From contig CM120640.1 in the NCBI GenBank assembly GCA_051362555.1, positions 61,544,788 through 61,608,787 on the forward strand: a stretch of 64,000 bases of DNA, given 5' to 3'. The position numbers were made by a program, and so were the translations under genes. The notes beneath the pieces were generated by a model. The model had not been told where the DNA came from and ran no database searches. It saw nothing but the letters and a program-made list of their open reading frames with translations. This document shows positions 51,301 to 63,426 of the stretch, in pieces. Origin of the DNA: Lingula anatina (Eukaryota; Animalia; Brachiopoda). Every line of letters starts with the position of its first letter. The stretch's first letter is position 1.

Positions 51301-54300
51301 CCCCTTATTTTGTGTATGTGGGGGTCTATACGAATGCGCTTGCTCCAGCTGGTGGTACAATATTCGGAGGCGGTATCGCCTCTCTGATCCTCTAGTTTTC
51401 TAATAGTATGACTATGTTTCAGAATGATTTTGAAATACTATATAATTAACTTCTTCACACACATCTTGGCATGTATGTATGCTGAAGTATAGAATTGGAA
51501 TATACAACTGTGCGTTCAATATGCATACTTTGGGAATTTACTTTTTAAATTATTCCTGAAGTAATTTTTGTTTTGTTGTCATTCTTAAGTTTCTGAGTAA
51601 TACCATAGTTCGTGTTTACTTAAGGTCTTTTTGTAGCTGTTCATTTGTCACTCTAAGTCATTTTAACAGTAAGTCTTTATTGGATAAAATATGATAAACA
51701 AAGAGTCAGTTTATCAGCGTCTTGTGTTTCATACTTTTAATGATTTGCATTATTATATTACAGCCCTACTTATAAGATGCTTAGATTTATTTTTCATTTG
51801 ATAAAGCAATATTTTGAGAAGTTTAACTCCTTAACTCATACAGATATAAACTTGGACCTAATGGAGGAATAGTGACTTCGCTGAATCTGTTTGCCACACA
51901 GTTTCATGAGGTAAGAAATTTTGATCTGAAGGACTAATGCTTCTATAAGCACCATGTAAACACCAAAATATTTCTTTTACTGGGAGTTCAAAGTTGATGC
52001 AATGTGAATATTTTGAGAATAATCTTTTTTTGTTGTTGTTGTTGTTGTAAACATAAAACCAATTTAATTTGAAAAATAAGAGAGAAATAAAAAAACGAAT
52101 GTATTTATCAAGTGTTCAAGGTCTTCTGCATATTTGTAGGTGATGAAATTTGTGGAAAAAAGAGGGAAAGAATGCAGGTGAGTCTCAAAAAGCCATCCTT
52201 ATTCTGTAAGGTTAAAAACCTGGAAAAGTTTGACTACTGAAATACAATCTGTCAGATAGTTTATGTTTTGATTTCATCTGTAATAATGTACTTTTATCCT
52301 TTTTGAACAACCAAAAAAACACTTATGTTATGACCTGTTATGATAAGCCAATAAGGCACCACCAAAACTGGCATTTGCAAATTTCTATTTTACTAGTGGT
52401 ATTTTTATAGTAGTAATACTGTTTGATTCCCAGGTATGTCTTGTTGGACACCCCAGGTCAGTTAGAGGTCTTCACTTGGTCAGCTTCTGGTAGTATAGTC
52501 ACAGAGACACTGGTAAGTAACAACAAGTGTGAAGATATTTCTGATTTGGTATATGTATATGTAACTGAATAAGAATTCATATGTATTTGCGTTTGCACAT
52601 AATATGTAAAAGTAATGTTATTGATCAGTATAGTCAGGTTCAGTACTTAAAGCTGGTGCCCATATGTAAAACCCACCCCAACCAACCAATTTCTGATGAA
52701 ATATTGGCAACTTATTATACTTCTTATCATTGTGTCTTTTTTTCACTCTCAATGAATTCTTTATCATTCCAAAGTTATCATATATACAAAACTTTTGGCT
52801 TTTTTGTTCTGTAAAAGTGATAACATATCTTTAAAAATGGACAAAACTCTCTCATTTCTAGGCATCTACTTTTCCAACAGTTGTTGTGTATGTGATGGAC
52901 ACAGCCCGGAGTGTGAATCCAGTCACCTTTATGTCCAACATGCTGTATGCCTGTAGTATTCTTTACAAAACCAAGTTACCATTTGTGATAGCAATGAACA
53001 AGGTGCGGTGTTTGGAAACACATTTCAATTAAGAACTAAATGGTGATGTTGATATCTTTTTCGATGGTGAATTTTTCTGATATATATGGAGGCACACAAA
53101 ATTTTGATAGCTAATTGCTTCTTTGACATTGAGCATTACCGTATGTCATCCCACTTTTCGCAATATGTAAAGACTGCATTTCAAGTCCTACTGGCATCAA
53201 TCCTGTCTCTGAAGTGTTCTGTTTTAGCACTGCTGTGAATTGTGTTGATTCAGCACTGCTTTATTGATTGTCATCTATAAGCGGGTTCATTCATACATTT
53301 GATGCCATTTAATCAAGATGTATGTACTCCATTAAGGTGAATCTGTTATTAAAATGCGCACAGGACCCATTAAAAGCTTGCCTACATCCGTGGTTGCAGT
53401 CAGTATCTAATTGAGATGACAGTATTGATTTTTATCTCCATCTGATTATATGCCACTCAGAATATGAATTTGTTGATGTTCATTTGTATCCCATTTGCTG
53501 CATTCCAGACTGATATTGTGGATCATAGATTTGCTGTAGAGTGGATGACAGATTTTGAAGCATTTCAAGATGCTTTGAACCAGGAGACATCTTATGTGTC
53601 TAACCTAACAAGATCTATGAGTTTAGTACTTGATGAATTTTACAGCAATCTCAGGGTATGCTGCCATTACAATTGCAGGATAATGTTAAGTGTTTTATCA
53701 CCTGATTTGATAATTTTAAAAATGCAAGATTAAGAATAGGTTGTATAGTTATTGGTAACTTGGACTTCCATCTTTCATTGCAGTTGACTTGAAGTTCTTG
53801 TGCATTTTCCCCATTTTTATTTCGCGTCTTCTATTTTTACGCACTGTGTTGAGGTAAAAAATACAATATATTTTTCTTTTTCAGACTGTAGGTGTTTCTG
53901 CTGTTACTGGTGCAGGAATTCAAGAGTTCTTTGCAGCAATTGAAGAAGCAGCAGCTGAGTATGAAAGGTAAAAAGAAATGTTTGCTTATATTTAAATAAT
54001 GAATTTTGTTCATAAAGGATGATGAAGAGAATATGATATGTGCATATGCAGGTTAATGTACTTAAAATCAAGAAAGGTTACCATGAACTTTTTGTTTATA
54101 TCTGATTTAGATACGTGAATGAAAAATCTGGGGATTTAAAAACTGGAGACATTTTCACTTGATAATGCATCAATTTGTTCTTTTTTTCCAGTGAATACAA
54201 GCCAGCATATGAAAGATTAAGGAAGGAAAAAGAAGAAGAGACACTTGTAGAACAGGAAAAGCAACTATCACGGTTACAGAAAGACCTTGGAGCTGGAGAA

Positions 54301-55611
54301 GATGTTGCTATGGGTGGGCGTTCTATTGTTCAAAAACCTTTAAGATGATTTCTGTATTTTGGTTTTTGGTACACACACACATACACATACACACACACAC
54401 ACACATCAACTAGCAACAATACTTGTTTTGCTTTCAACCAATTTTATCTTCAAAAACATGAGAGCAACCATTGGCCATCAAAACTGTACACTGGTTGCAC
54501 ACTTACCCACAAAGTTTTGTTCTGTGGTGTATGAAGATATTTTCAATGGGAATTTGTAAATCATGATTGTATCACATCCTTTCTCTGTGTGCATCGAACA
54601 CACTTTTTTTTGGTGATTTCTTTAAAAGAAAGTCTTTAAGATAAATATATCAAGAAAGTTCTTAAGTGTGTGCGAGTTTGACTGAGAGTGCCTTATTAAC
54701 CAGGTTACATGACACATACTACTTATTTTCTACCATCAAAGCAGAAGAACAGAGGTTTACAGTCTATCAGTTCTGCCATTGATGAAGACACAACTATTGT
54801 TAAACCAGTTACAAAATTACCAGTTGCAGATGAACATGTCAGAGGTAGTTTCCAGCAATTATTTATACTTATGATGATGATGTGAAGTATTCATGAGGCT
54901 ATCTTTATATTTGGCTCTTCAGTTTCTTCACTTCACTCGGAGGTAAAAAGTCGTCCACTTGGTCACGAGATGCTCCTGACCCCTGGTGGTGACAGTGACA
55001 GTGATGTCGAGGGCATGGCAGAGGAGGAAGAAGGTAGGCTGATTCTGGTGTTTTTGTGCACCCCTTCACCCCCTACATCCCCCAACCACTACCAGAAAAA
55101 AAAAATATTTGGCCATTTGTCTGGGGGGGGAATTTGGGTCAGAAATTTCTTGTAGGTTTCTTCAACTGTGATTCACCAAGACCTTTTTCTCAAGGCCATA
55201 TCTCTCATAAAAATTCTGACTGAACTGAATAAAGATTTGAATTGCTATTTTTGTGTGTTCCTAAAGGTGTTTCCACAAAACACCTTTCATTACTCAGCTC
55301 CTTATTTCTGTTTTACTCTCTACTTCTAACAGTATGGTACCAGTTTAGGGGTGGGGATGAGGGTGGGGGGCATTTAGTGAGTGAAAATTATTATTTAGTG
55401 TTAGTTAACAAACTTAACATCTTAGGTACAAGATATTTAAGATTTTTGTCATTTTTTTGTGAAAAATTGTTTTGCTTAGTTTAGTATATTTCCCTTGTTT
55501 TTTTCAGATGAAGAGGAAAGAAAGGAGTATGAGTCTTTCAAGAGATTTTTAGCATCTCAGGATCAAATAAAGACATCTGTTACTACAGACGCCAAAGACC
55601 CAAAGACATGA
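45400..55611 (+). CDS. GPN1: GPN-loop GTPase 1 (XAB1/Npa3). Coding exons: 45400-45546, 48024-48117, 48348-48387, 51844-51910, 52140-52177, 52434-52512, 52862-53002, 53509-53655, 53885-53967, 54192-54313, 54923-55033, 55508-55611
   Basis: P-loop [55 protein letters not shown] (GPN loop), [41 protein letters not shown] and an acidic C-terminal tail; phases are consistent. Confidence 0.95.
47055..47586 (+). repeat. Inverted, diverged duplicate of 44797-45324 (STK36 promoter and 5'UTR) in GPN1 intron 1
   Basis: E.g. TTGGCGGTGATGTTTGAAGGAATGTC near 47231 is the reverse complement of GACATTCCTTCAAACATCACCGCCAA near 45127; collinear through CTGCTCTTGAGGTAAAA. Confidence 0.92.
50005..50242. mobile_element. 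Palindromic MITE with TA target duplication, nested in the HINE
   Basis: TA|CGGAAGCCGACTGGTGCCATATGT ... ACATATGGCACCAGTCGGCTTCCG|TA; four internal copies of the palindrome TATCTCGAAATTTCGAGATA. Confidence 0.85.
50495..51200 (+). repeat. 146-bp tandem satellite, about 4.8 copies
   Basis: The unit start TATCTCCAAAACTGGCAGAG recurs at 50495, 50641, 50787, 50933 and 51079. Confidence 0.95.
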
Positions 55612-56220
55612 CATGCACCTTATATTTCTTGGAATCTAGCATGTCCTAAGAGGCCAAAATGGATGTAGGATGACTTGCAAGCAGATCAGACATTGTACAA
55701 CAATTAGTCAATCTAGTTGATGATTTCCTTTTTTGCTTCTACAAAAGCATCATAAGGGCAGAGAGAAGAGCAAGTCGATGTTCCTGTTGATTTATAGGGT
55801 TTTCATGCTGTCTGTATGAACTGTGGGCAGACTATTTTAATGTGAATCACAGCAGTGTGCTAAGCACCAGTTGATAACACCTGCTTCTCGTGTTAACCCA
55901 TTATGTGATCAAAATGCAAAGAGATAACTGCAAATGACTAGGAATAAACATATAAGATGGTAGACCCCAGAAAATAACATTCTTTTTAATTCTGCTATCC
56001 AGGATGTTATTTCAATCTAAGTAAAGGTCATAAATTTAAGTCACTTTATATGGTGAATGAATGCATGTAATTTAAGGAGAAAACAGAAAGGCAAGTGATG
56101 AAAATAACTTCAGGATAATACATTTTTATACATATAAAATATTTGTACAAAAATGATACATTTTTCTTATGCTTGATTTTTCTGTCAGACATATTTAAAT
56201 CGGAGAACAATTTAAGCATT

Positions 56221-59200
56221 TTAAAAGGTAGATTTGTGAAAACCCTTTTTTGATCCTCTAAATCCACCCCTCCTTGCGTGTATGATTCCTTCATCAAAAA
56301 GGCTCACATTCTGTACATTTGTGTGTCTTACAGCAGGCTGACGTTTGACGACTTTCTGTAAAGGCGGCAGCTTGACAGCCTCCTTATCACAGTTATGTGC
56401 TGGACCTTCTGTATTCTCTCGGTGTAGAATTCCCATCTCTTGATTAAGTGTCTTTACAGTCTGATTTTGTTCCTTTAACTTAAGCTCCAGTTCGGTATTC
56501 GCCTCGCCCAGTTGTCTTACTTGACTTTCCAGATTATGTTTAGTTATTTCATGCTGCTGGATTTCCCGAGTGTGTGATGAAATAACATTCATCAAATGCT
56601 GAATCTGGTCACGAATGATGCCGATTTCCACTTTCGTTTTCTCCATGGGAGGGGCAGTTTCGTTTCTGAGACTCCTTTGTGATGCGCCAGCTATGCCTAT
56701 TTCATCAACAAACAACATGTCACTCAGTTGGAATATCTCTTTCATTAGAGCTTTTGATTCACTTTCTACTCTCCGTACAAATAAATCTGCCGCATCATGA
56801 GCTGACTGTATAGTATCAGGGACGTTTAAGGTTTTTAGAGTGCCTTTCCTATCTTCCTCATAGAATACCCTTATATTTTCCATTTTTGCTTTGAGCTCAC
56901 GTATTTTATCGATTAATCTCTCAATATTATTTTCAAGACAACTGACTTTGATGTTGTCGGGATCGGTTCTTATTGTTTCTTTTGTGGCAATACCATCATC
57001 CGCAACCTCAAGTAGACATTCTCGTGCTTGAATATTCATTTGCCGGATTTCCTGATTAAACATATTCAACCTTTCTTGTAGTCGCTTGTTATCGGAATTG
57101 GTTGAAATAGAGAATTTAACTTGCTTTTTGTATTCTTCCTTGAGCTCGGATGTAGCCTTTTGCATGAGGCCCTGAAGATTGCTTATTTGCGAGTCTTTGC
57201 CTTTACATTCTTGCTTGAGAGTTTCTAGCTGCATTCGCATCTCTGACAACTAACACAATGAAAATTGTTTTAAAAATATTCTTAAAGGTATTCAATAAGT
57301 TGAATTTCTAAAACAAAGTTTTATCTTTGGTCCCATTGCTATTAAACATACCTCTCAGCTCTTATCAATTACTGAAAAATTTCTCTCTCACACACACAAA
57401 CTTTGTTGTTGTTTTTTTGCACTGTAGTTCTCTGACATTTAGCCAAATCCACCTGTGCCTATAGGAGTTCCCCAAAACCAGAAGTTAGATATTTACTCAA
57501 AGACATTCTCGTTATATGCTGCTAGAAGAAACATGGAAGGTAACATTCCTCACCTGCTTTTCTTTCTCGGTCAGTTTTTCCTTGAAATCTCCGGCTTGTT
57601 CTATCTGTTGCCTCTTGGCATCCATTGCCTTCTGCTTATCAGTAGCGCCATTTTTCCAGTCTTGTTTGTGCACTGCCTCCTTTACCTGTGTTAATGGATG
57701 GCAAATAATGGATTTCCATGAAATGTCAATAATAAATAATTCATACAGTATGCCTTTCCGCGGGAACAAACGTAGAGTGTCGTCGTCGAAATGGCGTCCT
57801 GACTGACTTGCCAGCCATAAAAAAGGTTGAATTTAAGTAGTACGAAACCTGCTCATTTAGTGGAATACAAATTATCAAGAATGGTGCAATTAAAATTTTT
57901 ATGCAAGTAATGAAGCATGGCGCCGAAGCAATATGCTGATTGCTTATCAAAAAAATTGTCGTTTATTAGAATATATGCCCGAGTCGACTATCAGCAGGTG
58001 ACAACTCACGAAGTAATCTAAATCATACATATCTACATATTGTGATATTTGCGAAGAGAAACAGTCTTGCCTTTTGCGCTATGTATGCGTGAAGAGTGCA
58101 TATCTCCCGAGAATCGAGGCCTGTTTGAAGAGTGGGTATAAGGCGGTATAGATCCTTGTCCTCTTTCTGACTTTTTGGATCTGAAATTGAAGGAAAAAGT
58201 ATTAACAGAAAATGTTATTTTCGTTCAAAATTTCCATGGGATGACTTGCGTTCATAATAATGCCCCAGTAACTATACTGAGACACAGCAAACTGTATAGG
58301 CCGGGCTGATAGGCAACCGTGATTAGCCTGCATGCAGAGAGACCGTCTTCTGAAAGATGAGTATTGCCCAAATTAACCATACGCAATCATTCATGAGAAA
58401 ATGGTAGGCCTACCTGCCGTAAGTATGGGAATCGACCAAGAAACAAATCTCGGGGGTGAACTGTATCGTAACATGCACTGACTAGGACCTGTGATCAATA
58501 ATGATCGAACAACCATGAATAAAAGCCAGTCTGTGTGGATGCATTTGCCGCCTATTACGCCCAGATGATCGACCATACTACTATTATAGGCTAACGATGC
58601 CTATATAGACCCCTTTTTTTTACTGGGTGGTCGTTGCGACATAATATTCGTCATGATGGATTTTAAGAATCGTTATAACATAATGCAATTTTCTTTCCTT
58701 TTAATTAGTTTTGTATTTCAAATTTTGGGCAAACATTGTTTTTATGAAGCATGGTTACGTACTGTCAGCCTGAGGAATTCATTATTTCATGATTTTAGTG
58801 TGGTGCAATTTCTAACGTGTTAAGAATCAATTTCAGGTTAATTAAGTTTGACGGCCGTTTTTACATCAATGATAAGCAAGGTTTTGTGATACCTGCAGCC
58901 TCGTCTCTCAGGTGATCTGCCAACAGCGCGTGGCCTGTCATTTGTAGCGTGTCGCATAACGTGGTATACATGTGTGCCGTTCTCAGTGGGTACACTTCCA
59001 GGAAACGAGCGTTTTGTTTTTCACGAGTTTCTTTGCTCTGCAAAAATTGAAAACACACGTCTATGGTTATATATGTATGTCCATCAGTCACAGGATTAAG
59101 TATAATTAGATGACGGCAGTTTTTAAATACACGAAAAAACTATAAAAGAAAAGGATGCTGGCTGTGCGGTCGTGCCTCGATCACATACACTGTACGTTTT

Positions 59201-59231
59201 TGTTTAGTAAAATCATACCTTCTGTGCCTCT

Positions 59232-59267
<36 letters not shown>

Positions 59268-59680
59268 ATTTCATTTTAAATTTAAAAACATCGCCTCTCA
59301 TAACATTTACTCTTTTATAAGGCTAAGAATGCGACAGCATGACGACGGACCGTGCAAGTCACGCCACACATTGCTACATGATATTTTTGACCCAACACCT
59401 GTATCACCTTTATGTCGCCCACCATGGAATTCGTTATCATCTTGTGTCGGACCATGACCTCGAAGAATTCAGGAGTCAGGATGATATTTTTTACCAACAA
59501 AGATTTGTTGTCTTGGATGATACTCTGGTATTTTTCTGCTTCGCTAGAAAATTGTTTATCCATGTCTTTGTTGCTTTTATTCCACTTTGAACCGTGTGGA
59601 AGTGTTGCTTTCTGTCGAGAAGCGGGGCGGGTGAAGGAATGGATCATTTTCCCGCTTAACGAGATGAACTTGCTCCACAT
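56221..59680 (-). CDS. Uncharacterised CARD (death-fold) + long coiled-coil protein. Exons: 59408-59680 (frame open up to the acceptor at 59775), 58893-59037, 58071-58180, 57554-57685, 56221-57249; start uncertain
   Basis: Spliced YQSIIQDNKSLLVKNIILTPEFFEVMVRHKMITNSMVGDIK|SKETREKQNARFLEVYPLRTAHMYTTLCDTLQMTGHALLADHLRDE fits the six-helix CARD pattern; the 342-codon terminal exon is E/K/Q/L heptad-rich; phases are consistent. Confidence 0.75.
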
Positions 59681-61475
59681 GTACGTGTTTAAGACACTGT
59701 CTCTCAGTTTATTTGTGGTAACGTTTGCAGTTTGTAATGGTACTATTATCGTCTCTGTTTTATCGAATTCCTTTTCTAAAACGCAAGACAGGAGAAAACA
59801 TGAGCAAAGTATAACAAACCATTCTTGTATTAACTGGAAACGATGGAATCTAAAATAAATTGAATTTGATCAACCATGTATTCTTAATCTAAAATTGGAA
59901 AAATAGACTGTAATTCAACATCCAAACACAGAAGTGTTTACTATAAAAGAAAACACACAAAAGGACGCAAACCATCTTTGATAAGGACACAACCTGTCAG
60001 TTACAGGTAAATATAAAGCAAATAAAAGGCGAGTGCTTCGATTTAACCCAGATTTAATACCCAAAAGCGACTAGCGTTGCTCTGATTTATGTTCATATTG
60101 ACAAAGGTTTGATCGAAAAACAATATTTTACGAATTATTTTTGAAAAACAAATATAATAAAATGATAGGTGGCGTATTTTAATTATGTCTCTGCATTTTG
60201 TTTGCAAACGAAATTTGTTCACTAACAAGATCGGGGATGAGGGGGGGGGGGGGGGGGAGGGAGGACTCGAAAATTACTATATTGGTCTACCTGCTGCTTG
60301 GACTGTCTGAAGATCACGTCAGCCTCAATAAAGGCAACTTTACTCCCCCCCTCCGAAGTTTGCAACATATTGCTTGATAAAAATTAGGTTTAACAAATAT
60401 TCAATTTTTTAAAAGATATTTAAAAGAAGCTGGAGGCAACATATCTCTTGATTGAAATAGCTTATATAATCGCCGCACATAAGGTAGCACCGATAATACC
60501 TGTTATTTCTTTTCAAAACTTAAAGTAAGTAAAGGGAGCAATTCATCGCCCTTTCCTTATTTTCTGACACGACTGCTATAAAGCTCTTATACATGTACAG
60601 GACGTAACGATACCCATGAAAAACTGAATGGTAGATCCTTTCCCATAACCTATCGTTTTAAAACTGTTTTTTTTTTTCATGAATATGGATATATATCTGT
60701 ATAAGCGTGTGTATACAGACGTAAAATGCATTGTTTGAACTGCTCTTGTTAACATAGCATCATGATGGTACCGTTTTAAATCAGTACTTGTCTTAGTAAA
60801 TATGTCACTGCACCAACAAAACGAGCCTAGATATCTATGTAAAAAGACTTACTAGTAAGATGGTATGTGACATTTGAGTCACAAATAACGTGCAAGTCAC
60901 CGTAAACATCACTTTGGAAAAGAAGGGAAAATATCTACCCGAGTGTGTTTCCGTAGCTGAGTAGTCTGTGCTTCTTTACCTTCTTTTCTGGGGCTTTGAT
61001 AGAGTCCTCAAAATGGTTTGCCTTTAAGTCTAAAACAAATGAGTTCTGATACAATATAGTCACAGCAAGTCTATCCGATCTTTTAATGAACTAATTTATT
61101 TTAAATTTGAAGCCTTATTATGATTATGTTGTCACCCATCTTCATGTCAACACTGCCTTGAATAAGCGTTGCATAACAAAGTTGCATTCGTGAATTGATC
61201 TTGTAGATGTCGTCTTCAATGTGCAAAGTACAATCTTAACGATATACACACAGGCAATTGTCGTGGATTTTCCCCATGAATTGATTTTCGTAAACATGTA
61301 CAATGTATCTGTGCCCATAGACGCTGAAGTTTCATTTAAGAACGAAGGGCATGCATCGCGTCTTAAGACTAAGACTCATTAATTTAATATTTTAGTTTCT
61401 AAGAACTGCAGTCTACCTGGGGCATTCAGTTTGACGATTAGAGGTAAAAGCCGACAGACTGACAGTCGGTTAGAG

Positions 61476-61509
61476 CAGGGAATTATATCGGATCCGATAT
61501 AATTCCCTG
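61476..61509. mobile_element. 34-bp perfect palindrome with a 7-bp flanking direct repeat (minimal MITE or transposon scar)
   Basis: GTTAGAG[CAGGGAATTATATCGGATCCGATATAATTCCCTG]GTTAGAG. Confidence 0.7.
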
Positions 61510-62203
61510 GTTAGAGCAGGTCGCATCGCATAATCAAATTTCTTGTAGTAAGATTCCAATTTGTTGCTTGATAAGAGTGTGAATAATGGTGCTTAAACCT
61601 TGCTCTACGAACCGTTAAGTTATTTATATTCTATTTTTATGGACAGACATATAGCTGGACAAAAAGCCACCACCGGCGTCTGTCTTCGCCGTTTGACATA
61701 CCGTGCAGTTTACTTGATGCTATTACCACAAAAAAGTCTTCTTTATCATTCTCAAACTTATCAGGTACTATTAGGACTAAAATGCAGCTCGAGTTCGAAA
61801 ACCAACCCGATTGCGTCATTTTTCTTTATGTTACGAATTTTTTTCTTGTAAATTTTTCACTTTTACACGTTGCCATTTTCAAGGCATGATTTTGATTTGC
61901 AGTCCTGTTCAAGTTACATTTTTTGAATGTCCACTATAACGGTAGTACACATTTAAATTGGTGATAACTATGCTCTTAAGCCTAGTGTGATAATTTACAA
62001 GTGAAATGAACTTTTTCTCACTTTTATCTTAAACACAAGAAAAAGAAACTGTCATTTTTTTTTTCAAACTTTCAAGAATGATTTTGGGATTAAACTACAA
62101 TTTCAATAGACATGTCAATGCAAAACATAAAACAATAACTTTCTTCAATTTTTTCATAGAAGGGATTTTTATGTGGCTCCAAGATGCGTCGTCTCTTTCA
62201 TGA

Positions 62204-63052
62204 CATCACTGAGAATAAAATTTGAGTCATTTGACTCTCCAGTCAGAGTCCAGCACCCCTTGACCCTCATGGAGTTAATTTGAGTCCTATATAAGGGTCA
62301 AATTGCCCCACTACCAGAGCTTTAGACTCTCTTATCAGAGTCAACTACCCTCTGGCTCTCATGGAGTCAAGCCTCGTTTCATTACTTGTGATGGCAGTGA
62401 GCAGACGGCCTGGAGAGAACAGTTTTCATCATCCTTGGTCATTATAAACATTACTTCATTGGCCATAGTGGTTTTATGCATGAACAAGTGGTTTTCTGTG
62501 TGTTTCTGCATGCAGAACTCGTGCACTTATTACCAGCCCGGGCTTTCAGTTGCCACGCCCTTTATGTAATATGTTGGTATACAGGCCAGCAGGTTTTGTT
62601 TCCAGGTTGTAGGTTTGACCCACCAATGCATGTCACTGGTTAGGTATGCTCACTCATTGGTATATTTGTGGTATATATATGTGTGTGTGTGTTATGCTGT
62701 TTATTACCAGATTTACAAGTTGTTTGTTATTGCTGCTTCAACACCATATGTGACCGGACGGCCTAGTGGTTAGAGTATTTGACTCCTGAGCGGAAGGACG
62801 TGGATTCGAGCCCACCCGGAGAAATAGCAGTCCTATCTCTCCCCCCCCCCCCCCCCCCTTGGCTTTGTTCTTGTTGTTTTTATTCATAATCAAGGGGATG
62901 AAGGGATGTGTGAATGGAGTGACCCTCCTGTGGGGTTTGGGGTGGTGTTGCTCCATCGGAGTCAACTTGACTTCATTTGGGAGTTATTTTAGGCACCACT
63001 GCTGGACTCCAAAGTAGGAGTCACTTTGACTACAATTTTATTCTCATCGATG
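62204..63052. mobile_element. Old non-autonomous TIR element with long degenerate inverted ends
   Basis: Left TGAGAATAAAATTTGAGTCA...TGACTC...GAGTCCAGCA vs right TGCTGGACTC...GAGTCA...TGACTACAATTTTATTCTCA. Confidence 0.6.
62752..62823 (+). pseudogene. tRNA-derived relic (tRNA pseudogene or SINE head, resembling Arg-CCT)
   Basis: A-box-like GGCCTAGTGGTTAGAG, loop CTCCTGA, T-arm/B-box GTGGATTCGAGCCCAC, partial acceptor CCGG/CCGG; the stems are broken. Confidence 0.6.
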
Positions 63053-63426
63053 CCTCTTCTTTTAGTTAAAAATGGCATAGTGCAGTATTTTGACCAAATT
63101 ATAATTTTTTTTTGTGGTTTTTCAATAATGAAAAATATTAAGATTTGCTTACAATTAAACCATTGTGCATATAGTTTTTACAAACAAAATCATCATTAAA
63201 AAGACAAACTAACTAACATTGACATTCAACAATTTATTCAAAATTTTAATTGCCAGATGTTAATTTAATGACACTTAGACTAGATATCAACATTTTCACC
63301 CGTGGTTCATTTCAGATCAAAATACAATTAAAGCATGTTGTCTTATACAGTACAACACAACTACGGTCTACTACAGATAACTAAAAGGTCACACTTTTAT
63401 CATACGTGTCTTAAGCATAATATGTA

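Larger units (their letters stand above)
48440..51395 (+). mobile_element. Non-autonomous Helentron-associated element (HINE/DINE-1-like)
   Basis: Subterminal inverted repeats TATTGTACCACCAGC (48441-48455) and GCTGGTGGTACAATA (51348-51362); 5' palindrome TGTACCACCAGCG-TTAG-CGCTGGCGGTACA; GC-rich microsatellite-like tract; central tandem array; 3' hairpin GAGGCG-GTAT-CGCCTC followed by CTAG and TTTT; no TSD. Confidence 0.8.
48388..51843 (+). other. U12-type (minor spliceosome) intron of GPN1 with GC-AG termini
   Basis: 5'SS |GCATCCTTT; branch point TCCTTAAC at 51828-51835; short distance to CAG| with no polypyrimidine tract. The junction restores the conserved [12 protein letters not shown]. 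Confidence 0.85.

Noticed and set aside
55612-56220. Overlapping 3' ends of the convergent GPN1 and CARD genes
   Set aside because: Candidate poly(A) signals (AATAAA at 55943 on +, ATTAAA near 55985 on -) suggest abutting ends; real overlap cannot be shown from sequence alone.
62752-62823. Functional tRNA-Arg(CCT)
   Set aside because: Acceptor and anticodon stems are mispaired, U8 is absent and there is no clean downstream T-run terminator.
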